Source: a bacterium (lineage in GTDB: Bacteria > Acidobacteriota > Thermoanaerobaculia > Multivoradales > J023). From it: DNA of 64,000 nucleotides. The position numbers and the translations under genes are program-made. The stretch covers positions 2,415-66,414 of the forward strand of contig JAAELT010000170.1 of the NCBI GenBank assembly GCA_024226315.1, written 5' to 3'. A model generated the notes under the pieces. It saw only the letters and a list, made by a program, of their open reading frames with translations. It searched no databases and had not been told where the DNA came from. Positions 27,630 to 37,153 of the stretch are shown piece by piece (the stretch's first letter is position 1; each line of letters opens with the position of its first letter).

Positions 27630-27756
27630 GGGTCCGACAGCTTATCCCTTCCGGTCGTTCTTGAGAACGTCCATCTTGTCCGCCGAGGCGGACCGGCCAT
27701 CCGTCCGCCGAAATGGACAGCGCGTCCACGGATTCCGGCCGCCGCGCCCAAGGATT

Positions 27757-27785
27757 TGTGCAACCGTCCGACTGTGGGTATACTC
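27757..27785 (+). promoter_or_regulatory. sigma70-like promoter candidate TTGTGC-N17-TATACT upstream of the PBP gene
   Basis: This is a near-consensus -35/-10 pair with 17-bp spacing in a low-GC intergenic stretch, about 50-200 bp upstream of the penicillin-binding protein coding region. Confidence 0.35.
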
Positions 27786-27984
27786 GGCGTCCTTCTGAAG
27801 AATCTACGGTTCTCGCTGAAAAAGCGCGAGCCTGTGAACGAGGACGAAGGCAATTCTTCGCTGGCTGGGTATTCTCTTCCGTCTCGCATTCTGGAGCTCG
27901 CCGCTGATCTGCGGAATCGCTCTCCTGCTCTCGCTACGAGGGCTGCAGGAGGAAGCCATTCTCAGTCAGGCGCAGACGCTGCTG

Positions 27985-29637
27985 GTGAGCGGCCGTGGCG
28001 CCGAGGCCCTGGAACTGCTCGATGACCTGCAGCGGTCCCCCTGGACCGGCAGCCAAGCCCGGGCCGGGATCGAGCTCGCCAGAGCCCTAACCGGCGAGCC
28101 GGACAACACCAGCGACCCGGCGGACGTTCATCCCGTCGACCGGCAGCTGACCCCCGAAGACCGTTTCGACGCATCGGCCTTTCCGGTGCCGCTGATCATC
28201 CGCACCGCCTTCGAGCGCGGCGAGTTCTCGGCCGCCCTGCGACTGACCGAGCTGGCGGAGCGCCTGGGCGTCAAGACCGTACCGATGCTGACCGTGGCGT
28301 CATGGGTCGAGGGCGGCCGGACCGAGCAGGCGCATGCTTTTGCGGGACTCGACCTCCAAGTGCCAAGCAAGGTGGCGCGGCGCCTGGCGCACCACCTCGA
28401 AAGCCCGGAGGAGCAGGGTGGCGTACTGTTGCGAGATCGCTCGGGGCAGCCGATCGGCACCGCCTCCGCGGACGATCTGAAGCTGGCGGGCCACGTACAC
28501 CCTGAGATCGTCCCACGCGCGGTGACCGCGGCCGCCTCCTACCACCGGCCGGCCGGCTCCCTACGGCTCACCCTGGATCTGGAGCTCTCAGAAGCGGCCT
28601 TTCAAGCCTTCGGGCGTTACCGCGGCAGCATCGTGATCGTCGAGCCGCAGACCGGCGAGATCCTGGCGGCGGTGAGTGATCGCCGCACCTGGCGCCAGGG
28701 CGGCACGGCGGCCTTCGAGCAACTGCGCGAGCCAGCTTCGATCGCCAAGCTGATCACCACCACCGCGGCACGTCGAGCGGGCTACGTGCCCGACTCCGAG
28801 CTGCGCCGAATGTATTGCCGCGGCCACGAGAGCTACTCGGGCCAGATGCTCTACTGCCCGGTCATCGTCGGCCGCCTGCGCGGTCTCGACCGGGCCATGG
28901 CGACGTCCTGCAACGTGGCGTTCGCCAACCTCGGGGTGAGGGTCGGGCGCGAGGGCATGCTCGCGGAGTTCCGGCGCTACGGCTTCGACTCGAACGATAC
29001 GCCCTTCGCCGGCGCCAGGATCGTCCAGGCACGCGGCGACGACCGCCAGCTGGCCGATCTCTCGATCGGCCTCGAGGCGACCGAGATCACGCCCCTCCAC
29101 GCCGCCATGCTGGCCGCCACCGTCGCCAACGACGGCGTCATGTCCCAACCGCGCCTGGTGGCGGCCGAAGACGGCCGCCTCGGCCTGCATCCGAGATCGA
29201 TCCCCACGGCTCCCGGCCGGCGGGTGATCGAGCCCGAGTGGGTGCCCGAGCTGCGCCAGGCCATGGAGGCCGTGGTCCAGGGTGGAACCGCGCAGCGCGT
29301 CTGGCCGCCCCAGAGCTTCCCCGTGGCCATGAAGACCGGCACCGCCAGCGACCCGCGCTATGGCTTCCACGTCAACTACATCGGCTACGGCCCGACCACC
29401 AACCCGCGCCTGGCCTTCTGCGTACGCATCACCGACCGGCCGACTTCCAACAAGGTCCGCTACGCCGCGCGCCAGGTCACCTACCAGCTGCTGCGCAACC
29501 TCGGCCGCATCGCTGAACGCCGCGGCTGGACGGACGAGCCGGAGCAATACAGCACCGATCGCCCGTCCACGATCCGGCTTGCACAGCAAACGAGCGGCCG
29601 CGAGCGGGCGACGGGTCGTCCTGTCGCGGCTCGCTGA
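27985..29637 (+). CDS. penicillin-binding protein, transpeptidase domain (PBP2/FtsI-like); true N-terminus probably extends upstream to about 27838
   Basis: The SxxK motif is ASIAKL and the KTG motif is AMKTGTA. The in-frame sequence upstream (27838-27984) encodes a TM anchor, ILRWLGILFRLAFWSSPLICGIALLLSL, but contains no ATG/GTG/TTG, so the start is uncertain. Confidence 0.75.
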   Translation: MSGRGAEALELLDDLQRSPWTGSQARAGIELARALTGEPDNTSDPADVHPVDRQLTPEDRFDASAFPVPLIIRTAFERGEFSAALRLTELAERLGVKTVPMLTVASWVEGGRTEQAHAFAGLDLQVPSKVARRLAHHLESPEEQGGVLLRDRSGQPIGTASADDLKLAGHVHPEIVPRAVTAAASYHRPAGSLRLTLDLELSEAAFQAFGRYRGSIVIVEPQTGEILAAVSDRRTWRQGGTAAFEQLREPASIAKLITTTAARRAGYVPDSELRRMYCRGHESYSGQMLYCPVIVGRLRGLDRAMATSCNVAFANLGVRVGREGMLAEFRRYGFDSNDTPFAGARIVQARGDDRQLADLSIGLEATEITPLHAAMLAATVANDGVMSQPRLVAAEDGRLGLHPRSIPTAPGRRVIEPEWVPELRQAMEAVVQGGTAQRVWPPQSFPVAMKTGTASDPRYGFHVNYIGYGPTTNPRLAFCVRITDRPTSNKVRYAARQVTYQLLRNLGRIAERRGWTDEPEQYSTDRPSTIRLAQQTSGRERATGRPVAAR

Positions 29638-29659
29638 GCCGGCCCGGTTCGCGCAGCCG

Positions 29660-30430
29660 CTACCGCGGCGGCATGCGCAGCGCGCCGTCGATGCGGATGG
29701 TCTCGCCGTTGATGTAGGGGTTGCGAACGATCGACTCCACGAGCTGGCCGTACTCCGCGGGCTTGCCGAGGCGGCGCGGGAAGGGGATTCCGGCGGCCAG
29801 GGCCTCGGTGACGTGCTCGGGCAGGCCTGCCAGCAGCGGCGTGTCGAAGGTGCCGGGAGCGATGGTCACCACGCGGACGCCGTTCTTCATCAGGTCGCGG
29901 GCCGCGGGCAGGGTCATGCCGAGGACGCCGCCCTTGGACGAGGCGTAGGCCACCTGGCCGACCTGGCCCTCGTAGGCGGCCACCGAGGCGGTGTTGATCA
30001 CCACCCCGCGCTCGCCGTCGTCCATCGGCTCGCTGGCACACATGGCCGCCGCCGAGAGGCGTAGGACGTTGAAGGTGCCGATCAGGTTGACCTCGATCAC
30101 CTTGCGAAACTTCTCCAGGTCGTGCGGCGAGCCGTCGCGGCCGACGACCTTGGCCGCCGGGCCGATGCCGGCACAGCTGACGGCGATGCGCAGGGTGCCG
30201 AGTTCGCCCGCCGCGGCCACCGCCGCTGGGACCTGGTCCGCGTCGGCGACGTTGGCCTCGGCGTAGACCACGCCGTCGCCCAGGTCGGCGGCGACCGCCT
30301 CGCCGCGCTCGCGGTTGAGGTCGACGATGACCGCACGGGCGCCGGCCGCGACCAGACGGCGGACGGTGGCCTCGCCGAGGCCGGAAGCGCCGCCCGTGAC
30401 CAGGGCGACCGTATCGGGTTGAATCTTCAT
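29660..30430 (-). CDS. SDR-family 3-hydroxyacyl-CoA dehydrogenase type 2 (HSD17B10-like)
   Basis: The start is [21 protein letters not shown] (ATG at 30428-30430), which carries the TGxxxGxG NAD-binding motif. The active-site motif is YASSKGG. The upstream 79 codons of the track ORF overlap the next gene. Confidence 0.8.
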   Translation of the reverse strand: MKIQPDTVALVTGGASGLGEATVRRLVAAGARAVIVDLNRERGEAVAADLGDGVVYAEANVADADQVPAAVAAAGELGTLRIAVSCAGIGPAAKVVGRDGSPHDLEKFRKVIEVNLIGTFNVLRLSAAAMCASEPMDDGERGVVINTASVAAYEGQVGQVAYASSKGGVLGMTLPAARDLMKNGVRVVTIAPGTFDTPLLAGLPEHVTEALAAGIPFPRRLGKPAEYGQLVESIVRNPYINGETIRIDGALRMPPR

Positions 30431-30434
30431 GGTT

Positions 30435-31328
30435 TCAATCCTCGGTGGGAGTGGGTGGATCAGTGGAATAGTCGTAGAAACCCCGGCCGCTCTTGCGGCC
30501 CAGGTCGCCACGTTTGACTCTTCGCTCGAGCGACGGCGCCGGACGATCTTCCGGGTCGCCGGTGCGGTGGAAGCGTTCCATCCGCGCCTCGTAACCGATG
30601 TCGAGGCCGCTGAAATCGCCGAGCTTGAAGGGGCCCATGGGGTGGTTGAGGCCCAACTGGCAGGCACGGTCGATGTCCTCGAAGCTGGCGACGCCCGATT
30701 CGAGCAGGTAGTAGGCCTCGTTGCTGATCGCGCGCAAGATGCGGTTGACCAGGAAACCGGGCAGCTCCCGGTGTAGCGTCACCGGCTGCTTGCCGATCCG
30801 GCGGGCGAGCTCGACGGTGAGCTCGAGGGTCGCATCAGAGGTCTCATCACCCTTGACCACCTCGACCAGCTGCATCACCAGCGGCGGATAGAAGAAGTGC
30901 ATGTTGACCACGCGGTCGGGGCGCCCGGTGAAGGGCGCCAGGTCGGAGTTGCCGAGATAGGAGCTATTGGTGGCGAGCACGGTGCGCTCCGGACACAGCT
31001 CGTCGAGCCGGCGGAACACCTGGCGTTTGACGTCAAGCACCTCGACCACCGCCTCGATCACGAAATCGGCGTCCTCGCAAGCCTCTTCCAGCGAAGTCGT
31101 CGTGCTCAGGCGCTCGAAGGTGGCGTCGACGTCCTCGGCGCTCATCTTGCCCTTCGTCACCCGCCGGTCGAGGTGTTTGCGGTTGCCCGAAACGGCCTTC
31201 TCGAGCTGCTCGGCGCTGACGTCGTGGAGCGCCACCCGGTAGCCGTGCAGCGCCGCGTGGATCGCGATCTGCGCCCCCATCTGTCCGGCGCCGGTGACGC
31301 AGATTCTGCGGATGTCGTCGATCTTCAT
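30435..31328 (-). CDS. 3-hydroxybutyryl-CoA / 3-hydroxyacyl-CoA dehydrogenase
   Basis: The NAD-binding motif is [14 protein letters not shown]. It has the 3HCDH N and C domain signatures, including GFLVNRIL. Confidence 0.85.
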   Translation of the reverse strand: MKIDDIRRICVTGAGQMGAQIAIHAALHGYRVALHDVSAEQLEKAVSGNRKHLDRRVTKGKMSAEDVDATFERLSTTTSLEEACEDADFVIEAVVEVLDVKRQVFRRLDELCPERTVLATNSSYLGNSDLAPFTGRPDRVVNMHFFYPPLVMQLVEVVKGDETSDATLELTVELARRIGKQPVTLHRELPGFLVNRILRAISNEAYYLLESGVASFEDIDRACQLGLNHPMGPFKLGDFSGLDIGYEARMERFHRTGDPEDRPAPSLERRVKRGDLGRKSGRGFYDYSTDPPTPTED

Positions 31329-31497
31329 CGCCTCTCCTCTCGGTGGTCCTTCGCGCGGGAAAGGCTAGATCGGTTCCAGTCTGGGTGCAACCACCTAAGC
31401 CCCCTGGCATCTCGACTCACTTAGACCATGCTTAAACTGCTCTTAACCTGATCACTCTACGACAAGCCGTATGATGAGGGCTCGGGCAGGACGAGCC

Positions 31498-32655
31498 ATG
31501 CAGATCGCAATCGGACACAGTATCGACCCGCTCATTCCCGCCGCTACCGAAGAGATTGTCGACCAGGTGCGCTCGCGCCTCGACGGAGCTCCCCCCAAGG
31601 GCGGTCTCCTGTTCGCGTGCCGCGACGCCGATCACGAGCAGATCCTGGAGGCAGTGACGTCGGCGTTTCCTGCGATGCCGCTCATCGGCTGTACGACCGA
31701 TGGAGAGCTCTCCTCGGTACTCGACTTCCAGGAGGACTCGATCCTCCTGGTGGTCTTCGCGGGCGACGGACTCGAGGTGAGGGTCGGCCTCGGCCGCGGC
31801 CTTTCGGATTCCGTGGCAGGTGCCGTCCAGGACGCGCTCGGCCAGGCGCAACTCGCCGCAGATCCCGGGCCACAGCTCTGTATCACCATCCCCGAGAGCC
31901 TCACGGCGAGCGGTGCGTCGATCGTCAATGAGCTCGTTGCCCGGCTCGGCCCGGACATTCCGCTCGTCGGCGGTACGGCTGGCGATCAGTGGCACTTCGA
32001 AGAAACTCGTCAGTTCATCGGCCGAGAGGTGTATTCGGACTCCGTACCGGTCCTGCTCCTCTGTGGCGCCGTCCAGGTTGGCGTCGGCGTCGCTTCGGGT
32101 TGGGAGCCGGTGGGTCCCCGAGGTCTGGTGACGCGGGCCGAAGGGCACGTCGTCCACGAAATCTCCGATCAGCCTGCTCTGGAATTCTTCCAGCGATTCC
32201 ACGGTCCCCATGTCGAGCCGAACCCCGAGTATCCGCTCGGCGTGTTCGACGCCGACCGCCGGGAACACTACCTGCGAGCCCCACTGTCCTACGATCGCGC
32301 GAGCGGCAGCGTCGGCTTCGCCGGAGATGTCCCGGTCGGGAGCGAAGTGCAGATCACCGACGCGTCTCGAGACGAGATCCTCACGGCGTGCGAGGATTCG
32401 ATCAAGAAGGCGAGCACCGCTCTGGGAGGCGTCGATCCGGACGGTGTGCTGGTGTTCTCTTGCGCCGCTCGCAAGCAGCTTCTGGGCACGCGGACGGCCG
32501 AGGAAGCCGCGCTCTTGCGGGATCTCGCAACGGGTCTGCCGATGGCCGGGTTCTACACCTACGGCGAGATCGCCCCGATCGGCGGCAGGACGTGCGCGGA
32601 TCTTCACAACGAGACGTTCGTGACCGTGCTGCTCGGAGAAGGCGCGGCCTCTTGA
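31498..32655 (+). CDS. FIST-domain sensory protein
   Basis: The FIST_N and FIST_C pattern is present (LLFACRDADHEQI...PLIGCTTDGE...; C-terminal AGFYTYGEIAP). The stop overlaps the downstream kinase start (TTGA). Confidence 0.7.
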   Translation: MQIAIGHSIDPLIPAATEEIVDQVRSRLDGAPPKGGLLFACRDADHEQILEAVTSAFPAMPLIGCTTDGELSSVLDFQEDSILLVVFAGDGLEVRVGLGRGLSDSVAGAVQDALGQAQLAADPGPQLCITIPESLTASGASIVNELVARLGPDIPLVGGTAGDQWHFEETRQFIGREVYSDSVPVLLLCGAVQVGVGVASGWEPVGPRGLVTRAEGHVVHEISDQPALEFFQRFHGPHVEPNPEYPLGVFDADRREHYLRAPLSYDRASGSVGFAGDVPVGSEVQITDASRDEILTACEDSIKKASTALGGVDPDGVLVFSCAARKQLLGTRTAEEAALLRDLATGLPMAGFYTYGEIAPIGGRTCADLHNETFVTVLLGEGAAS

Positions 32656-33968
32656 ACGAGATCGATCGCCTCCGCAAGGAGGTTCGCATCCTCCACCGGA
32701 AGCTCGAACGGTCCGAGTTCAACCGTACCCGCCTCGAGGTGCACAAGGATCGAAGCGATGCCTTCCACCGTCGCATCATCCAGGCGCTCGAGAAGACCAA
32801 AGACGAGCTCCGCCTGGAGAAGCAGACCGCGGAACGGCTCGCAAGGGCCAAGGACGAGCTCCTGGCCAACGTAAGCCATGACCTCCGAACTCCGATGACC
32901 GGCATCCTGGGGATCGCCGACATGCTCCAACGAGCCCCGATCGGCTCCCAGGAGAGGGAGTGGGTCGGAATCCTCACCTCTTCCGCCAGAGGTCTGCTGA
33001 CCCTGCTTGACGACCTTCTGGACCTGGCGAAGCTGGACGGCGGCGGCTTGCGCCTGGTGAAGGAGCCTTTCGACCCAGCCGAGCTGCTGCGCGGCCAGAC
33101 CGCGCTCGTGAAGTCCGAGGCCGTCGACCGGGGCTTGAGCCTCGAGCTGGTGATTGGCCCGTCGATTCCGAAGCAGGTGATCGGAGACCCTGCAAGGGTC
33201 CGACAAGTGCTGCTCAATCTCTTGTCCAACGCACTCAGGTACACCGAGGTGGGAGGCGTCGAGATCCGTCTCGAACATGAACCCGAGGAACCGCCACGCC
33301 TGCGGGTCGAGGTCCGAGACACCGGAAGGGGCATTCCAGCGGAGCACCTGGAGGAGATCTTCGCTCTCTTCTTCCGGGAACACTCCGAGGCGGCGCGATG
33401 CAACGAAGGGTCGGGGTTGGGGCTCGCGATCAGCCGGCGCCTCGCCCGCGCTCTTGGTGGCGACATCTCGGTCGAGAGCCGGATCGGAACCGGATCCAGA
33501 TTCACCTTCACCTTCGCCGCCCCCGTTTCTCACAGCACCCGCGAGAGGTCCCCCAGCTCCTCGGATTCAGACCTTTCGGGACTTCGGGTGCTTCTGGTCG
33601 AAGACAACCCGATCAATCGGCTCGTCATCGCGGCGCAGCTCAAGTCCTTCGGGGCCACCATCGACGCGGTCGAGGACGGCTACGCCGCGATCGAAACAAC
33701 GTCGAGTACAACCTACGACATGATCTTGATGGACTGCAACCTTCCGGGAATCGACGGCTGTGAGGCCACGCGCCGAATCCGAGCCCGGGAAGCCGAGAAC
33801 GGAGCTCGACACAGGACCCCGATCATCGCGCTCACCGCGAGCGTCCTCGAGAGCGAACGCGCGAAGTGTCTGGATGCCGGCATGGATGGTTTCATTGCTA
33901 AACCTTCGCCGCCGGCCGAGATGCTCGCCGACATTCAGCAGGTCCTCGACCGCGGGCAACACTCCTAA
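32652..33968 (+). CDS. hybrid sensor histidine kinase (coiled coil - HisKA - HATPase_c - REC) without own sensor/TM domain
   Basis: The H-box is LANVSHDLRTPMTGILG. The HATPase_c G1 motif is DTGRGIP and the G2 motif is GSGLGLAISRRLA. The receiver is LRVLLVEDNPINRLV...DMILMDCNLPGIDG...ALTAS. It starts with TTG overlapping the FIST gene stop. Confidence 0.75.
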   Translation: MNEIDRLRKEVRILHRKLERSEFNRTRLEVHKDRSDAFHRRIIQALEKTKDELRLEKQTAERLARAKDELLANVSHDLRTPMTGILGIADMLQRAPIGSQEREWVGILTSSARGLLTLLDDLLDLAKLDGGGLRLVKEPFDPAELLRGQTALVKSEAVDRGLSLELVIGPSIPKQVIGDPARVRQVLLNLLSNALRYTEVGGVEIRLEHEPEEPPRLRVEVRDTGRGIPAEHLEEIFALFFREHSEAARCNEGSGLGLAISRRLARALGGDISVESRIGTGSRFTFTFAAPVSHSTRERSPSSSDSDLSGLRVLLVEDNPINRLVIAAQLKSFGATIDAVEDGYAAIETTSSTTYDMILMDCNLPGIDGCEATRRIRAREAENGARHRTPIIALTASVLESERAKCLDAGMDGFIAKPSPPAEMLADIQQVLDRGQHS

Positions 33969-34066
33969 CGCTTGCCTTGGACCTCGTCTTCGTCGGTGTT
34001 CGACCGAGGTGCCGCCGAACGCAACTGGGCCGAAACACAAGCGCCGGCGGACTCGTAAGGGACAGC

Positions 34067-36535
34067 ATGGAGACCTTCTGGCGGGACGTCCGTTTCAGCG
34101 CCCGTTCCCTGGCCAAGGCGCCCGGGGTGACCGCGGTGGCAGTGTTGTCGCTAGCCCTCGGGATCGGCGCCAACACCACCATCTTCACCCTGATCAACGC
34201 GGTCTTCCTGAATCCGTTGCCGGTCGAGGACGTCTCGCGGCTGGTGGCCGTCTACACCGTCGACGAGAACATGACCGGCCAGCTCGCCGGCCTGGCCAAC
34301 GTCTCACACCCGAACTTCGAGGACTTCCGCGACGACAGCGACGTCTTCAGCGGGCTCGCCGCCTACTCGTTCCCGGTCAACGCCAGCGTCGTCCTCGACC
34401 GGGAGCCGGAGCAGCTCTTCGCCCAGGTGGTCAGCGGCAACTACTTCGAGGTGCTGGGGATCCATCCGGCCGCCGGGCGCTTCTTCTATCCCCGCGAGGA
34501 CGTCACCCCCGGCCTCTATCCGGTGGCCGTGATCGGCCACGGCCTGTGGCAGCGGCGTTTCGCGGCCGACCCCGACGTGGTCGGCCGCAGCCTGAGCTTG
34601 AACGGCTTCGGCTTCACCATTGTCGGCGTGGCCCCCGACGGCTTCACCGGGGTGAACGCGATCGGCGGGCCGGAGATCTGGGTACCGACCATGATGTACC
34701 AGCAGATCCTCCCCGAGCAGTTCCGGCGCTTCTTCGATGACCGCCGGGCGCTGATCATGAGCACGGCCGGCAGGCTTCAGCCGGGGGCCACCCTCGAGCA
34801 GGCCGAGGCCCAGCTCGAGACCATTGCCAAGCGCCTCGAGCAGGAGTACCCGGAGGCCAACAACGGGCGTGGAGTCGGGATCATGCCCCTGGCCCAGGCG
34901 ACGATCTTCCCCGGCATGCGCGGATTCCTGGTGCTCGGCGCGGCGGTGCTGATGGCGGTGGTCGCGATGGTTCTGTTGATCGCCTGCTCGAACGTCGCCA
35001 ACCTACTGATCGCCCGGGCCGGCACCCGGCGCAAGGAGATCGCCGTGCGCCTTTCGATGGGGGCGTCGCGCTGGTCGTTGGTGCGCCAGCTGCTGTCCGA
35101 GAGCGTCCTGCTCGGCCTCGGCGGGGGTGTGCTCGGCCTGGCGGTTGCCTACTGGGGCCGCGACTTCATCTGGTCGTTCCGCCCGATCTTCGTCCCTCAG
35201 GGCATGCTCGACCTGGCTCTCGACGGCCGGGTGCTGGCCTTCACCCTGATCGTCGCCCTGGTGACCGGCGCCCTGTTCGGGCTCGTCCCGGCGCTCCAGG
35301 CGTCGCGCCCCCAGGTCATCGGCGCGCTCAAGGAGGAGACTCGGGGGGCGGCGGGGAACCGCCGCCGGATCACGCTGCGTGGCTTCCTGGTGGTCGCCCA
35401 GGTGGCGCTGTCGTTCGTCGCCCTGGTCGCCGCCGGCCTCTTCCTGCGCGGCCTGGGCGGCGCCTACGACATCGATCCGGGGTTCGAGACCGAGAAGCTG
35501 GCGGTGGTGATCGCGAGCCCCGGCCAGAACGGCTACGACCAGCCCCGGGCCGAGCAGTTCTACCGCGACGTGGTGGAGCGGGTCGGGGCACTGCCGGAGG
35601 TGGAATCGGTGACGCTGGCCGCCAACCTGCCGCTGTTCGGCGGTTTCGCGCGCACCGTGTTCATGGAGGGGCAGGACACCTCGAAGGCCGATCAGGGCCA
35701 GGTCACCCAGTCCAACACCGTCGACCTGGGCTACTTCGAAACCGTCGGCATCCCGATCGTCCGGGGTCGCGGATTCTCGGAGATCGACCGCGAGGAAACG
35801 ACGCCGGTGGCGATCGTCAATCAGTTCATGGCGGACAAATACTGGCCGGGAGAGCAGCCGATCGGCCGGCGTTTCCGCCTCTACGGCGAGGACCACCTCT
35901 TCGAGGTCGTGGGCGTGGCGCGGACCGCCAGATACATCACCCTGGGCGAAGACCCGCAAGCGTGCTTCTATCTGCCACTGTCCCAGAATTACTCCGACGC
36001 CATGACCGTCTACGTGCGCTCCAGTGGCGACGCCGCCCTGGCGCTGGCCGCCGCCGAGCGCGAGATCCACGAGCTCGACCCCGACGTCCCGCGCACCTTC
36101 GCGCTGACCGTCGGCCAGGTGATCGACCAGTCGCTATGGGCATCGAAGCTCGGCGCGGCCCTGCTCGCCGCCCTCGGCGGTCTGGGTCTGGTGCTGGCCG
36201 CGGTCGGGCTCTACGGGGTCATGGCCTACTCGGTCAGCCAGCGCACCCGCGAGATCGGCATCCGCATGGCGATCGGCGCCGCCCAGGCCGACGTGCTGCG
36301 GCTGGTCGTCCGCCAGGCGATGGTGCTGGTCGGAATCGGCATCGGCGTCGGGCTACTCGGCTCGTTCGCGGTCTCACGGGTGGTGGCGAAGCTCCTCTAC
36401 GGGGTCAACCCCACCGACCCGGCCACCTTCCTCGGCGTCCCTCTGCTGCTCGCCGCCGTGGCGCTCCTGGCGAGCCTGCTGCCGGCGCTGCGGGCGAGCC
36501 GGGTCGACCCGGTCCTGGCGCTGCACACGGAGTAG
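34067..36535 (+). CDS. ADOP-family duplicated FtsX-like ABC transporter permease (MacB-like), orphan
   Basis: The N-terminus METFWRDVRFSARSLAKAPGVTAVAVLSLALGIGANTTIF is typical of the TIGR03434 family as I remember it. It has two FtsX modules with large extracytoplasmic domains. No adjacent ABC ATPase is present. Confidence 0.8.
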   Translation: METFWRDVRFSARSLAKAPGVTAVAVLSLALGIGANTTIFTLINAVFLNPLPVEDVSRLVAVYTVDENMTGQLAGLANVSHPNFEDFRDDSDVFSGLAAYSFPVNASVVLDREPEQLFAQVVSGNYFEVLGIHPAAGRFFYPREDVTPGLYPVAVIGHGLWQRRFAADPDVVGRSLSLNGFGFTIVGVAPDGFTGVNAIGGPEIWVPTMMYQQILPEQFRRFFDDRRALIMSTAGRLQPGATLEQAEAQLETIAKRLEQEYPEANNGRGVGIMPLAQATIFPGMRGFLVLGAAVLMAVVAMVLLIACSNVANLLIARAGTRRKEIAVRLSMGASRWSLVRQLLSESVLLGLGGGVLGLAVAYWGRDFIWSFRPIFVPQGMLDLALDGRVLAFTLIVALVTGALFGLVPALQASRPQVIGALKEETRGAAGNRRRITLRGFLVVAQVALSFVALVAAGLFLRGLGGAYDIDPGFETEKLAVVIASPGQNGYDQPRAEQFYRDVVERVGALPEVESVTLAANLPLFGGFARTVFMEGQDTSKADQGQVTQSNTVDLGYFETVGIPIVRGRGFSEIDREETTPVAIVNQFMADKYWPGEQPIGRRFRLYGEDHLFEVVGVARTARYITLGEDPQACFYLPLSQNYSDAMTVYVRSSGDAALALAAAEREIHELDPDVPRTFALTVGQVIDQSLWASKLGAALLAALGGLGLVLAAVGLYGVMAYSVSQRTREIGIRMAIGAAQADVLRLVVRQAMVLVGIGIGVGLLGSFAVSRVVAKLLYGVNPTDPATFLGVPLLLAAVALLASLLPALRASRVDPVLALHTE

Positions 36536-36567
36536 GGCGCAGCGTTCCCCTCTCGTCGTAGACTTCC

Positions 36568-37134
36568 TCACCGAAAGAAGCCGGCCCACCAGGAAAAGTG
36601 GGGAGCAACACGCCGGGGAAAGAAACGAGCCCGATCTCTGACGGCGCGCAACATTCTTCGGACCTCGGCTTCGGGCGTGTTCGACAGTAGAGCCCACTCG
36701 AAGAGCAGGTCGGGCGTCTGCAGTGTCGGCACCCGAGGGCTGACTTTCTCCAGGACTCTGAGTGCCTTCTTGTCGTCCGTGGCGACGCCGCCACCATGAA
36801 CCACAGCGAGGGCGCACGCCGACGCCTCACCGTCGTCGAGATCGATCGCGAAGCGCGCGTATCGGTCCTGTTCCTCCGGAGTAGCGATATCCATGACCGT
36901 GAGGTCGTCCATCTCTTCGAGCGACCTGGGAGACACCCTCTCTCGTTCCACGCTGCCATCGGGATCAGCGACGTGACGGATGCTCAGAACCTCCTCGTCG
37001 GCGACGAGCTTCGAGACCGCGAAGCGATACGGCAGTTGGACCAGGATGTCCCCGGCGCGCTCGGTGGCAAACAGGTTGATCACGCAGCACGCGTCCAACA
37101 GGATCAGCGCGCCTTCGCCGGGCCTGTGACTCAT
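36568..37134 (-). CDS. PIN-like nuclease domain protein (putative toxin partner of upstream HTH-ImmA gene)
   Basis: ILLDACCVINL carries the N-terminal Asp. The acidic residues at ADEEVL, DLDDGEASACALAV and VATDDKKA fit the four-acidic-residue PIN pattern. It lies 19 bp downstream of the HTH-ImmA gene on the same strand. Confidence 0.5.
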   Translation of the reverse strand: MSHRPGEGALILLDACCVINLFATERAGDILVQLPYRFAVSKLVADEEVLSIRHVADPDGSVERERVSPRSLEEMDDLTVMDIATPEEQDRYARFAIDLDDGEASACALAVVHGGGVATDDKKALRVLEKVSPRVPTLQTPDLLFEWALLSNTPEAEVRRMLRAVRDRARFFPRRVAPHFSWWAGFFR

Positions 37135-37153
37135 GAGACGGCAGAGGTCCCGG

